A DNA stretch of 64,000 nucleotides from an uncultured bacterium (GTDB lineage: Bacteria; Acidobacteriota; Thermoanaerobaculia; Multivoradales; JAHZIX01). The stretch covers positions 5,488-69,487 of the forward strand of contig CBDUPA010000026.1 in NCBI GenBank assembly GCA_965368975.1, in the 5' to 3' direction. A program made the position numbers and the translations under genes. Below are positions 25,701-33,834 of this stretch, one piece after another (the first letter of the stretch is position 1; the number at the start of each line of letters is the position of its first letter). The notes beneath the pieces were generated by a model. That model had not been told where the DNA came from, searched no databases, and worked only from the letters and a program-made list of their open reading frames with translations.

Positions 25701-27486
25701 CCGACGTCGCGCCCGGCGGCACCTCCGGTACCCGGTAGCAAGTGGTGAAGGTGGTCGCTTCGGTCGGGCCGTAGCCGTTGATGTGCACCGTCGGACCTTG
25801 GGCCATCGACGCGCGCACGGCGTCCGGATCGCAGCGCTCGCCGCCGAACATGAGCGTGCCGACGTGGGCCAGCAGGTCCGGCACCTGGCGCGCATACTGG
25901 TGGAACAGCGACGCCGTCAGCCACAGCACGGTCGGTCGCAGGCGCTCGAGGGCCGTGCGCAAGCGCTCGGCGGACAGCAGCGTCTCGCGCTCGATACCCA
26001 GGAGGTGGCCGCCGTGCAGCAGTGAGCCCCAGAGTTCCAGTGTGGCGACGTCGAACGAGGTGTTGGACGCCTGTACGATGCGCTCCTCGGGGCCAAACTC
26101 GTAGTAACGGCCGCCGAACACCAGGCGCACGACGGCTCGTTGCGGAATTACCACACCCTTCGGCCGGCCGGTCGAGCCCGAGGTGTAGATCACATACGCT
26201 GGGTACTCCGGGCCGACGCGCGGTAGTGGTGGTTCTTCCTGAGAGGCTAGTTCGCCCTCAGCAACTGGCGCCGTGAACAATTCTTCGTCGACATACAGCA
26301 CGCGGCAGCCCTGCGCCGCCAGCTCGTCGAGCGGCAAGCGTGCCGCCTGCACCTTGTCGGTGATCAACACCGGCGTCGCGGTGTCTTCGGCCATCCACAC
26401 CAGTCGCTCGGCTGGATAGGCGGGGTCCAGCGGTGCGTACGCCGCGCCCGCCAAGATGATCGCCACGAAGCTGGTGATCAGCTCTGGCGAGCGTTCCAGG
26501 CAGACCGCCACCAGGTCGCCCGGTCGCACGCCGTGCGCGCGCAGATGGTGCGCCAGGCAGCGCGCTCGCTCGTCCAGTTGCCGGTAGTTCAGACACACTT
26601 CGCCGTAGCTCACCGCCGGCCGTTCCGGGTACGTCTCGACGGCGTGCTGGAACAGCTCCGTGAGACCGCGGTCGAGCGGTGCCTGCGTGCGCGCCGCACC
26701 GTTCCAGGCGTCGAGCAACTGCCACTGGCCGTCGCTCACCATCTCGAGCTCCGTCAGTCGCGACGACGGCGTCGCCGCCACGGCCGCGAGCAAGCGGGCA
26801 AAGCTCGCCAGCAGGTTCTCGATCGTCGCGGGATCGAAGAGCTCGCTCTCGTAGACGGCGCTCAGATAAGGCTCGGTGTCCGAGACCGTCACCAGCGTTA
26901 CCGCCAGATCGTGCGCAACCGGCACCGTGGTTTCACGATCGACGCCGCGGTGCTCGAACAAGACCTCGGTGAACGGATTTCTTGTCCCAGCGTGGGCCTC
27001 TGGTCGCAACGCGGAGACCAGGTCTGACCACGGAACCGCCTGCTCACGAGTCTTCCGTGCGAGGGTCCGAACGTGTGTGAGCAACTGGGCGAAGCTTGGC
27101 TGCCCGCCGACTTCGGCCGGGACCTCGACCGGGACCTCGACCGGGACCTCGACCGGGGCTGCCGTCAGCTGCACACGCACGACGGTCAGGTCGTCGTGCA
27201 TCCACCCTACCGCCAGGTCCGTATGCCCTGTCAAGCGGCTGAGCCAAGCCGAGAACGCGGCGAGGCCCGCGACTGACAGATCTGGGTCCAGGTCTCGTAG
27301 CCGCTCGATCAGCGCCGCCGACAACGCACGAACTTGCCGTCCCGGTTTGCCTAGGGACGTCTTCGTTCGCGTCCGGTCGATCGGCAACTCCAAGCGTCCC
27401 GGCTCGGCGCCCGCTAGGCGGTCACGCCAAGCTTCGATCAGTTCCGCCTCGGGTTCACTGCGGCCGCTTGGTTGACTCGGTGGCAT
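13735..27486 (-). CDS. Hybrid NRPS-PKS megasynthase: (truncated C)-A-T-C-A-T-KS-AT-T-C-A-T-R
   Basis: Core motifs in order: A (YVIYTSGSTGRPKGV), T (FFALGGHSLLA), C (HHIATDGWS), A (YFIYTSGSTGRPKGV), T (FFDLGGHSLL), KS (TACSTSLVAVH/ECHGTGT), AT (GHSLGE), T (FLDLGGHSLLA), C (HHSILDGWS), A (YVITTSGSTGRPKGV), T (FFAAGGSSLLA), R (VTGGTGFLG, YEQSK). The ATG at 27486 is preceded by AAGGAA. The ORF-track start is 27525. Confidence 0.95.
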   Translation of the reverse strand: MPPSQPSGRSEPEAELIEAWRDRLAGAEPGRLELPIDRTRTKTSLGKPGRQVRALSAALIERLRDLDPDLSVAGLAAFSAWLSRLTGHTDLAVGWMHDDLTVVRVQLTAAPVEVPVEVPVEVPAEVGGQPSFAQLLTHVRTLARKTREQAVPWSDLVSALRPEAHAGTRNPFTEVLFEHRGVDRETTVPVAHDLAVTLVTVSDTEPYLSAVYESELFDPATIENLLASFARLLAAVAATPSSRLTELEMVSDGQWQLLDAWNGAARTQAPLDRGLTELFQHAVETYPERPAVSYGEVCLNYRQLDERARCLAHHLRAHGVRPGDLVAVCLERSPELITSFVAIILAGAAYAPLDPAYPAERLVWMAEDTATPVLITDKVQAARLPLDELAAQGCRVLYVDEELFTAPVAEGELASQEEPPLPRVGPEYPAYVIYTSGSTGRPKGVVIPQRAVVRLVFGGRYYEFGPEERIVQASNTSFDVATLELWGSLLHGGHLLGIERETLLSAERLRTALERLRPTVLWLTASLFHQYARQVPDLLAHVGTLMFGGERCDPDAVRASMAQGPTVHINGYGPTEATTFTTCYRVPEVPPGATSVPIGEPVGNTEVLVLDRWQRPAPIGAAGELVVGGPGLAQGYHRRPALTAGVFIPHPCSARVGHEQPGARVYRTGDLVRWLPSGVLDYIGRIDHQVKVRGFRVELGEIEAQLGQHPAIKERAVVMQDDGRGSKRLVAFVVIGAEVAAPSVEELRSFLGQSMPEYLVPTGFQFLHELPLNANGKVDRRALPAFDFEHAGVSEAELVEPRNDLERQIAALWCEVLGAERVGVETSFFALGGHSLLATQLLARVRDILGLELSLHEIFEHPTVAALARRIQEVQAAGTSTAAALPPIPRLDPTRPAPLSFGQRRLWFLHQLELSSALYNIPSAFELHGALDIQALDRALADVARRHAVLRTRYGSRDGEPVALVDPPRPWHLEIVDLSGLQDADRQRKSRDLVAREAGAPFDLEHDAVWRTRLLRAGAELHVLILNIHHIATDGWSQDLIAKEMSQLYNVFHQGQASPLPEPELQYADFAAWQASWLEEAEQQRLVTYWRRQLDGLEPADLPADRPRPRVQQADGALHVVTLPGELSEGLRGLARQHGETLFTALLAAFYVLFARFSGHHDLAVGTPSAGRYRTEFENLVGLFANTLVLRLDLAAAEHGNRTFADLLANTRQTVVGAQIHQALPFERLVQELEPTRDAARTPFFQVLFQVLAMELAPSLPGLDQRPLHGHSGTAKFDVEVTIFDRAEGLRVSVEYATALFDATTIERLFEAYRLLLQGVLDHPELPLWRLPLVPAADRQLIDLVNRTERPLPPDVTLHALVAQQAAQTPAQTALIAEGVAEGTSGGTSEAVETLAYAQLWQRVHRLAALLRRRGVAPEEAVAVCLPRTPELVVALLAVLEAGGSYLPLDPTYPPQRLAFMVQDTRARRVLTDRALAHLFDELVDKPSDETAKGPELLFLDELDLAAPTADAAAAPAASRVDPRQRAYFIYTSGSTGRPKGVEISHRNAVAMLTWAARIFPPDELAGVAAVTSVCFDLSIYELFLPLTQGGTVILARDALHLLEHPARERVTLLNTVPSAIAELAAAEGIPDSARVINLAGEPLRRALVDQVYAASKAVKVYNLYGPSEDTTYSTYSLVPGKLLSGKLLSRGRDAEPTIGGPIDNTQVHVLDARGEAVPIGVLGELMLAGEGVTRAYLGRPGLTAERYLPDPFGKAGQRLYRTGDRARWRADGELELLGRLDHQVKLHGYRIELGEVEAALRRHPSVTGAAVLVRGQRLVAYVIAGAGTTVSDADLRDFAAARLPGYMMPAVFDRLDELPLTPNGKIDRKALALRPLPDEQHETAAGAPPADEAEAFVAELWRQVLGLDAVPADKNFFDLGGHSLLLPRLHLRLKQRWPRVRILDLLQHTTVRRLAGFLGAPGGDKSASARPVHSPEQLLPERHPTAAAGSASGRDIAIVAVAGRFPHAPDIDALWRCITDGVEAIERFDREQLLQAGEDPARVDDPDYVPAGTKVDHIRDFDAAFFDFGAREAALTDPQQRLLLECAWEALERAGWAGDTYPGEVGVFAGIGGPGYLVKHLLTRPEILHQQGEVQSMIATGPDFTATRVAYKLGLRGPAVSVQTACSTSLVAVHLACQSLLSGDCDMALAGGCTLQIPHGVGYLHVADSIASPDGHCRAFDARAGGTVESSGAGMVVLKRLADARADGDPIVAVIKGTAINNDGDAKVGYTAPSIEGQTRVIVKALQRAGVAPASLGYVECHGTGTVLGDPIEVDALRRAYTQQTHVEEQSIALSSFKTQVGHMDTAAGVGGLIRAALSLQHRQIPPNLHFQTPNPELDLEDSPFYVPAEARPWPAGETPRRAAVSAFGIGGTNAHVILEEAASESAADRPGHPMQLLRLSARTAAALEANAASLAQHLEEQPASPAGLDFADIAFTLHRGRKDFEHRLTTIVDAADPAQAVQQLRGLTPRARQLGQLPPSPPSVVFLFAGQGTQHAGMARQLYANEEVFRRQLDEGCALLEPLLGLDLRELILATGDTSEHTAEDAQRRLATLDLGQPALFLVEYALAQLWQSWGIEPRAMLGHSLGELVAATLAGVFERDTALRLVAARGRLMAATPTGAMLAVTRPAAEVEARLRETGMAETLSLATVNSPSDCVVAGTVAAIEAFETTLAAEEIETRRLHLTTAAHSLLMEPILDAYRAEVEHAAPKTPERPFVSCITGRWIEPAEAASIDYWTRHLRHAVRFGDSLQRLFELHQSEPGGIVLLELGPGHTLSTLVRRNESQGTNHPVIRTLPHPRDETSDLAQVLEAVGRLWLLGVDVDPNTFWAGQERRRVVLPTYPFERQRCWIEPGRRGATTPGMVPAEDAAPGSVGPGHVGPGPAEPARTPDAVPLGGTTAAVADAWRELLGLETVDPDAEFLDLGGHSLLATQLAHLLRRRFGVEVRATEILGKAPTVAEQAALIDARRPMTGELAPAPRSQPLPLSDSQERLWLLAQLGADGDGDGGSAAYNLPVVLHLHGRLDAGALRRALAELARRHEVLRTAFVLDDGKPVQRIEEPGPVELPVIDLRRIRGAETFVRQQTLRDLARPMDLARAPLWRARLWHVREEAADDDESKSKSQEACYLGLTMHHSILDGWSGRVLFRDLAALYSQQSGTDDTAAARLPELPIQYADYAVWQRRRLDEAGKASAPGQDGLAPQLEYWRRQLAGAPPILELPLDHARPSVHSFRGRRLTFSVPGSVLAGLRTLARQAKATMFPVVLAAFQLLLARWSGQWDVCVGTPVANREEPRTQELIGFFVNTVVLRTVIDPNSDFARLVARVKEVVTGGFANQELPFERLVSELRPQRDAGVNPLFQVMLVFHNTPPVGDDFAGIPFEMLEPDSETSHFDLTLSLEEQAPQAGTKEGNGQLAGLIDFSTDLFETDTIERLIDGFQTLLAAVASQADGIDVAALPVMSPAEATRVVVEWNATTVDWRQSLAVPEATPHDCLHDLVLRQATRRPHAIAVEAADGRLSYGHLVRHARALAARLRRTGVAPGDLVGLALPGSCNAMVAIVAIHLAGAAYLPLDPGAPAERQRQILEDNGCRVLIGTARLTGYKGRLVPPRGHSAPATPLPTSSSAGFSPDYPAYVITTSGSTGRPKGVAVSHRSAVNLAYAFVQHHGLRETHRFLAIPPLHFDASVGDLFPAWAAGACLIFHPAPGRLTGDRLDRFCTRRRVSVIDTAVALWKAWLDDWLVSQKLASQGRARNRQLVLPDLEVMMVGGEAVNTHQLATWAQLASPRARVFNHYGPTEATVCATSYPTRDGSEVTRPALPIGAPLPNVRVYVLDTHLRPQPASVAGELCLGGAGIALGYLRLPARTAEVFVPDPFARGEGSSPVGGNPGGRLYRTGDLARWLPVRSGEHATSTQGVLEFLGRRDRQVKIRGFRIELGEIEATLQRHPEVASAVVVAFGEGAAAQLVGYVVAKSTETTPPALDTLRTFLADHLPAYMVPSTIVPLEVLPLTPNGKVDLRALPAPTVGTAEPVTPRTPLEAQLLEIWRELLSAPQLGVEDDFFAAGGSSLLAMQLASRMQLELLLEIPLTKLFEATTVAAFARVVEALRAGETQTLDLRARAVLDPAIQPRESRPGQPRPEKDRPTGTGVLVTGGTGFLGAYLIDELLRARNGDIYILVRADTIEAGRQRIQRNLEAYDLWSDIESRGDAGRKDAARLVPVLGDLSQPRLGLDAAAFARLAAQLGELHHNAAAVDFVRPYSALEAINVHGTEEVLRLASLDGARPVHFVSTLGLFLQPAYEGTTVTEDDAPSPDGLDKGYEQSKWVAEQLCEQARERGLPVNILRPARVSGAASSGAANTQDLFYSWIKGCVQLGLAPDIAHAIDLMPVDYLAKAIVCLAADLATDLDSGNLGTGTLGRAYHFYNRRTLPFRELARWVNVHVQPLRLVPYGEWVTALRSAVAAQQENALASFLALFGDTLEEDRQPTFEQHHSQARLQAAGLVCPPADDTLLTTYFDYLERTGFLRRTRPETPRLKLPPLKTSVPPA
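22417..22446. repeat. In-frame 15-bp tandem duplication inside NRPS adenylation domain 2
   Basis: CGATAGCAGCTTGCC occurs twice in tandem and encodes GKLLSGKLLS. Confidence 0.9.
27121..27156. repeat. 12-bp x3 in-frame tandem repeat in the NRPS N-terminal region
   Basis: GACCTCGACCGG occurs three times and encodes the PVEVPVEVPVEV part of PVEVPVEVPVEVPAEV. Confidence 0.9.
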
Positions 27487-27816
27487 CGGGTTCCTTTTCA
27501 AGGCAACAGCACAAATCAACCGCAAGGCAGCGCTTAGGCTGCCACGGTACTCGTTGCCCTGTGACCTGGCGACTGTGTTCAGTCTTTAGTGAAGAGGAAC
27601 CCGGATGTCCTGTGATCAGAGCATGCAGACGCTCGGGAGACGACCTTCGCCGAGCCCAAGCTGAGAGGTCCAGTATAGACCAGCTTCGATTTCGAGTGGT
27701 TGGGTTAGTACTGAGGTGCTCACGGTAAAGGTCTTCGCGCGGACTCTGTCTGGTTGTCGCGTCGGTGGCCGGCGCGTGATCGCGGATCTCGCTGAAGTAG
27801 TCGGCGGTCCGAGTGA

Positions 27817-27886
27817 CTCAGGACTTGGTACTCAGGACTTGGTACTCAGGACTTGGTACTCAGGGCTTGATACTCAGGGCTTGATA
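27817..27886. repeat. 14-bp x5 non-coding tandem repeat
   Basis: CTCAGGACTTGGTA x3 is followed by CTCAGGGCTTGATA x2 and a partial copy. Confidence 0.95.
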
Positions 27887-27894
27887 CTGGCACC

Positions 27895-28119
27895 CTACCT
27901 GTTCGGCGTGCCTGCGGGAGAACGAACGAGGATGAACCCTTCCCGCCGCGCCGCTTCCGTCAAGCGTTGGTCGAGCGCGAGAAACTGATGCCCGTCCGGT
28001 TGGTTTTCCGCCCAACGCAGTGCGGCGCCGAGCTGGAAGGCGTCCGCCGTGCGAAGAGGATGCCGCAAGAGCAAGCGCTCCGCATTCTGTCGGACTTGCT
28101 CGGAAGGAAGGATTTCCAC
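27895..28119 (-). pseudogene. Probable remnant of a PIN-domain (VapC-like) toxin gene, C-terminal part only
   Basis: LRTADAFQLGAALRWA...FLALDQRLTEAARREGFILV matches the C-terminal half of PIN toxins. The N-terminal catalytic Asp region and a partner antitoxin are absent, and the ORF abuts the upstream gene. Confidence 0.45.
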
Positions 28120-28129
28120 CGATGTGGCC

Positions 28130-28813
28130 TTACCCGGTTCCTGTCAATCCCATGAACAAAGTGTGCCGGTCCCCCTTGCCTCCCGCGCGTGCCCGCACGC
28201 GGTAGGTCTTGGTCTGGAAGCCAGCACGTTGCAGGCGATCGCTGAAGCGGGGGTCGTCGCTGGCGGACCAGACGGCGAGCACGCCTCCTGGTTTCAGTGC
28301 TCGCTGCAGGCGCTGCAAGCCGGACTGGATATACAGCCGTTCGTTGCCGTTCAGCGTCAGCGCGGCGGGGCCATTGTCGACATCGAGGAGGATGACGTCG
28401 TAGCGTGCCTCGACACCTAAGAGATCCTGGACGTCGGTGACTTGTAGGTCGGTGCGCGGGTCGTCGAGAGGATGGTCGGCGAGGTGACCGAAGTAACGCT
28501 GGTTCCAGTCGACGACGGCGGGGAAGACCTCGGCGACGGTGACAGTAGCGCTCTCGAAGGCGTCGAGGCTGTCGAGGGCTGCGCGCAAGGTGAAGCCCAT
28601 ACCGAGACCGCCGATCAGGACGTGAGGAGACGGGATTGAGGTTCCCAGGGCTGAGAGCGCCAACCGTGCTAGCTCTTCTTCGGAGCCATGGGCTCGACTG
28701 GACATCAGGTCGTAGGTGTCGATCTCGATCTGGAAGCTGTCGCCGTGCTGGTAGAGCACTAACTCGGAGCCGTCGCGGGTGACCACGCTGTCGAGGATGC
28801 GGCGCGGTTTCAT
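28130..28813 (-). CDS. Spermidine-synthase-like class I methyltransferase-fold protein
   Basis: VLIGGLGMGFTLRAAL, DVILLDVDNGP and LKPGGVLAVW are present. The 227-aa size fits short SpeE-like proteins. Confidence 0.7.
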   Translation of the reverse strand: MKPRRILDSVVTRDGSELVLYQHGDSFQIEIDTYDLMSSRAHGSEEELARLALSALGTSIPSPHVLIGGLGMGFTLRAALDSLDAFESATVTVAEVFPAVVDWNQRYFGHLADHPLDDPRTDLQVTDVQDLLGVEARYDVILLDVDNGPAALTLNGNERLYIQSGLQRLQRALKPGGVLAVWSASDDPRFSDRLQRAGFQTKTYRVRARAGGKGDRHTLFMGLTGTG

Positions 28814-28816
28814 GTG

Positions 28817-30784
28817 TTACGAACTCGCCTCGGCGATGGCTTCGAGCTCTGTCCAACGCTCGTAGGCTGTCGCTAGCTCGCACGCGGCAGCTTCCAGCCG
28901 CGCCTTGACCTCGACCACCTTGCCGCCATCGCCATCACGGTACAGCGTAGGGTCAGCGAGCGTCGCGTGCAGTTCTTCTTGCTCGGCTTCCAGCGCCTCG
29001 ATGTGTGCCGGTAGGGCTTCGAGTTCCTGCTTCTCGCGGTAGCTGAGATTCCGTGGTCTACTGCCGTTCGCGGTCTCTGGCCGCGATGGGTCCTGCTTGG
29101 ATGCTCTCTTGCCCTTCGCGGGCGTACCCTTCGTCGTGGTGCCGGCTTCGGGCTTTGGACGCTGGGCCAGCCAATCCTCGTAGCCACCGGCGTAGTCCCC
29201 GACCTTGCCGTTCCCTTCCATCACCAAAGTGCTGGTGACCACGTTGTCGAGGAAGTCACGGTCGTGGCTGACCAGCAGGAGGGTGCCTTGGAACTCGACC
29301 AGCAAGGACTCGAGCAACTCCAGCGTCTCGACGTCGAGATCGTTGGTCGGCTCGTCCATCACCAGCAGGTTGCACGGACGGGTAAACAGGCGCGCCAGTA
29401 GCAGGCGGTTGCGCTCGCCGCCGGACAGCGACTTGACGGGACTGCGTGTTTGCGCCGGCGGGAACAGGAAGTCGCTCAGGTAGCTGATGACGTGGCGCGT
29501 CTTGCCGCCGACCGTCACCTTGTCGTTGCCGCCCGCGACGTTGTCCGCCACCGTCGCCTCTTCGTCCAGTTGTTCGCGATGCTGGTCGAAGACGGCGATT
29601 TCGAGCTTGGTGCCGTGCTTGACGTGGCCGGCGGTCGGCGTGAGCTTGCCGAGCAGCAGCTTGAGCAGCGTGCTCTTGCCCGAACCGTTGGGCCCCAGGA
29701 TGCCGACTTTGTCGCCGCGGGCGATGGTCGTGGTCAGGTCTCGAATCAGGAAGTCGGGTGCTGTGGCTTTGGCGTTGGCGTCGGTGTCGTAAGCGAAGCT
29801 CAGCCCTTCGACTTCGATCACCTTCTTGCCCGAGCGCTCCTGGTCGTCCAGCCGCAGGCGCGCCGACCCGGCCAGCTCGCGACGCTGCCGGCGTTGCTCG
29901 CGCAGCCGTTCGAGCGCCCGCACCCGACCCTCGTTGCGCGTGCGCCGGGCCTTGATGCCCTGGCGGATCCACGTTTCTTCCTGCGCCAGCTTCTTGTCGA
30001 AGCGCGCATTCTGCTCCGCCTCGACCTCCAGCTCATGCGCCTTGCGCTCCAGGTAGCGCGTGTAGTCGCCGGGCCAGTCCCGGAGGTGCCCGCGGTCGAG
30101 TTCCAGGATGCGCGTTGCCAGGCGGCGCAGGAAGGCGCGGTCGTGGGTGACGAAGATCAGGGTGCCCGGGTAGCCGAGCAGCAGTTCTTCGAGCCACTCG
30201 ATAGCTGGGATGTCGAAGTGGTTGGTCGGTTCGTCGAGCAGCAGCAGGTCCGGCTCGGCGACCAGCGCGCGCGCCAGCAGGGCTCGACGCTTGAGGCCGC
30301 CGGACAGCGTCTCGAACCGTGCGTCACTGCCGTGCGGTGGTGCGTCGAGCTGGAGCTTGGAGATCGCCGTCTCGACGCGCTGCTCGTGCTGCCAGGCACC
30401 GGCCGCGTCCATCCGCTCTTGTAACGTCGCCAGTCGTGCCAGGTCGGCGTCGCCGTGCAGGTTGTGGCTCAGGTGATGGTAGTCACTGAGTAGCGCACCC
30501 AGGTCAGCCAGACCGGAGGCGACGATGTCGAACACCTCACCCTCGATGTCCTGCGGTACCTCCTGCACCAGGCGCGTGATGCGCGTGCCGGGCGAGGTGA
30601 TCACCTCGCCGCCATCCGGCTGCAACTCGCCCGCCAAGATCTTCATCAGCGTCGACTTGCCGCAGCCGTTGCGTCCCACCAACGCGACGCGCTCGCCGGG
30701 GTCGACGTGGAAGCTGATGCCGTCCAGAATCGGTGCATCCGCGCCATAGCCGAGGGTCAGATCACGCGCACCGAGCAGGGCCAT
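28817..30784 (-). CDS. ABC-F family ATPase (Uup/YheS-like), two ABC cassettes plus a C-terminal coiled coil
   Basis: Two Walker A motifs (GRNGCGKST, GPNGSGKST) and two signature motifs (LSGGLKRR, LSGGERNR). There are no TM segments. Confidence 0.9.
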   Translation of the reverse strand: MALLGARDLTLGYGADAPILDGISFHVDPGERVALVGRNGCGKSTLMKILAGELQPDGGEVITSPGTRITRLVQEVPQDIEGEVFDIVASGLADLGALLSDYHHLSHNLHGDADLARLATLQERMDAAGAWQHEQRVETAISKLQLDAPPHGSDARFETLSGGLKRRALLARALVAEPDLLLLDEPTNHFDIPAIEWLEELLLGYPGTLIFVTHDRAFLRRLATRILELDRGHLRDWPGDYTRYLERKAHELEVEAEQNARFDKKLAQEETWIRQGIKARRTRNEGRVRALERLREQRRQRRELAGSARLRLDDQERSGKKVIEVEGLSFAYDTDANAKATAPDFLIRDLTTTIARGDKVGILGPNGSGKSTLLKLLLGKLTPTAGHVKHGTKLEIAVFDQHREQLDEEATVADNVAGGNDKVTVGGKTRHVISYLSDFLFPPAQTRSPVKSLSGGERNRLLLARLFTRPCNLLVMDEPTNDLDVETLELLESLLVEFQGTLLLVSHDRDFLDNVVTSTLVMEGNGKVGDYAGGYEDWLAQRPKPEAGTTTKGTPAKGKRASKQDPSRPETANGSRPRNLSYREKQELEALPAHIEALEAEQEELHATLADPTLYRDGDGGKVVEVKARLEAAACELATAYERWTELEAIAEASS

Positions 30785-30803
30785 TCTGTTCTCGACTGCT
30801 GCG

Positions 30804-33197
<2,394 letters not shown>

Positions 33198-33299
33198 GGT
33201 GTTCTCCGGTTCGAGTTGGATGGTGCTCCGACGGGGCGGAGGAGTGAGCGTATAGGAAAGCGTCGGTGAGGGGCAAAGGTTCTGCGGTAGGGTGATGGT

Positions 33300-33833
33300 A
33301 TGAAGCCTTCTAAGCGTCCCATCGTCGGCGTCATGGGCTCCGGTAGCTCGACGCATCCAGACCGTACTGTGCCCTTGGGCCAGCTCCTGGCTCGACTCGG
33401 AGTCCACCTGCTCACCGGCGGTGGCTCAGGCGTGATGGAGAGCGTCAGCGCGGCGTTTGCACGGGAAGATCGCCAAGGAAGTGTGATCGGTATCCTGCCG
33501 TGCCGGGTGGACGATCCGTTGCTTCGCCCCAAGTCCGGCTACCCCAATCGCTATGTCGAAATCCCGATCCGCACGCATCTTCCTCTCAGTGGCCTCGACG
33601 GTGCCGACCCGCTGTCGCGCAACCACATCAACGTTCTCACTGCGGATGCTGTCGTGGTGCTACCGGGAAGTTCGGGAACCTCGAGCGAGGCGCGGTTGGC
33701 GGTGCAATACCAGCGTCCGGTGATCGCGTATCTCGGGGCACGGGACGAGGTGCCGGATCTGGATGAAGCGATCGAGGTGGTCAACGAGCTGGCGGAGGTC
33801 GAGACTTTCTTGCGGCGGGCGCTGAGGATGTAG
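33300..33833 (+). CDS. LOG/TIGR00725-family (Rossmann, lysine-decarboxylase-like) protein
   Basis: IVGVMGSGS...[13 protein letters not shown]...[13 protein letters not shown] follows the LOG/TIGR00725 pattern. Confidence 0.7.
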   Translation: MKPSKRPIVGVMGSGSSTHPDRTVPLGQLLARLGVHLLTGGGSGVMESVSAAFAREDRQGSVIGILPCRVDDPLLRPKSGYPNRYVEIPIRTHLPLSGLDGADPLSRNHINVLTADAVVVLPGSSGTSSEARLAVQYQRPVIAYLGARDEVPDLDEAIEVVNELAEVETFLRRALRM

Positions 33834-33834
33834 A

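Noticed and set aside
15300-26700. Substrate calls for A1, A3 and the AT domain
   Set aside because: Hand-derived pocket codes for A1 and A3 match nothing I can recall reliably. The AT specificity motif region (TAAHS) is neither the classical HAFH nor YASH. Any call would be a guess without predictor tools.
13885-27475. Dozens of 60-540-aa ORFs in other frames or on the plus strand inside the NRPS-PKS gene (e.g. 16534-18168, 17721-18989, 19994-21442, 19274-20188)
   Set aside because: All lie within a gene whose frame is validated by an unbroken series of NRPS/PKS core motifs. Their translations are Arg/Ala/Pro/Gly-biased with no recognisable motifs.
27817-27886. Possible CRISPR array
   Set aside because: The 14-bp units are directly contiguous with no spacers, they are far shorter than CRISPR repeats, and no cas genes are present.
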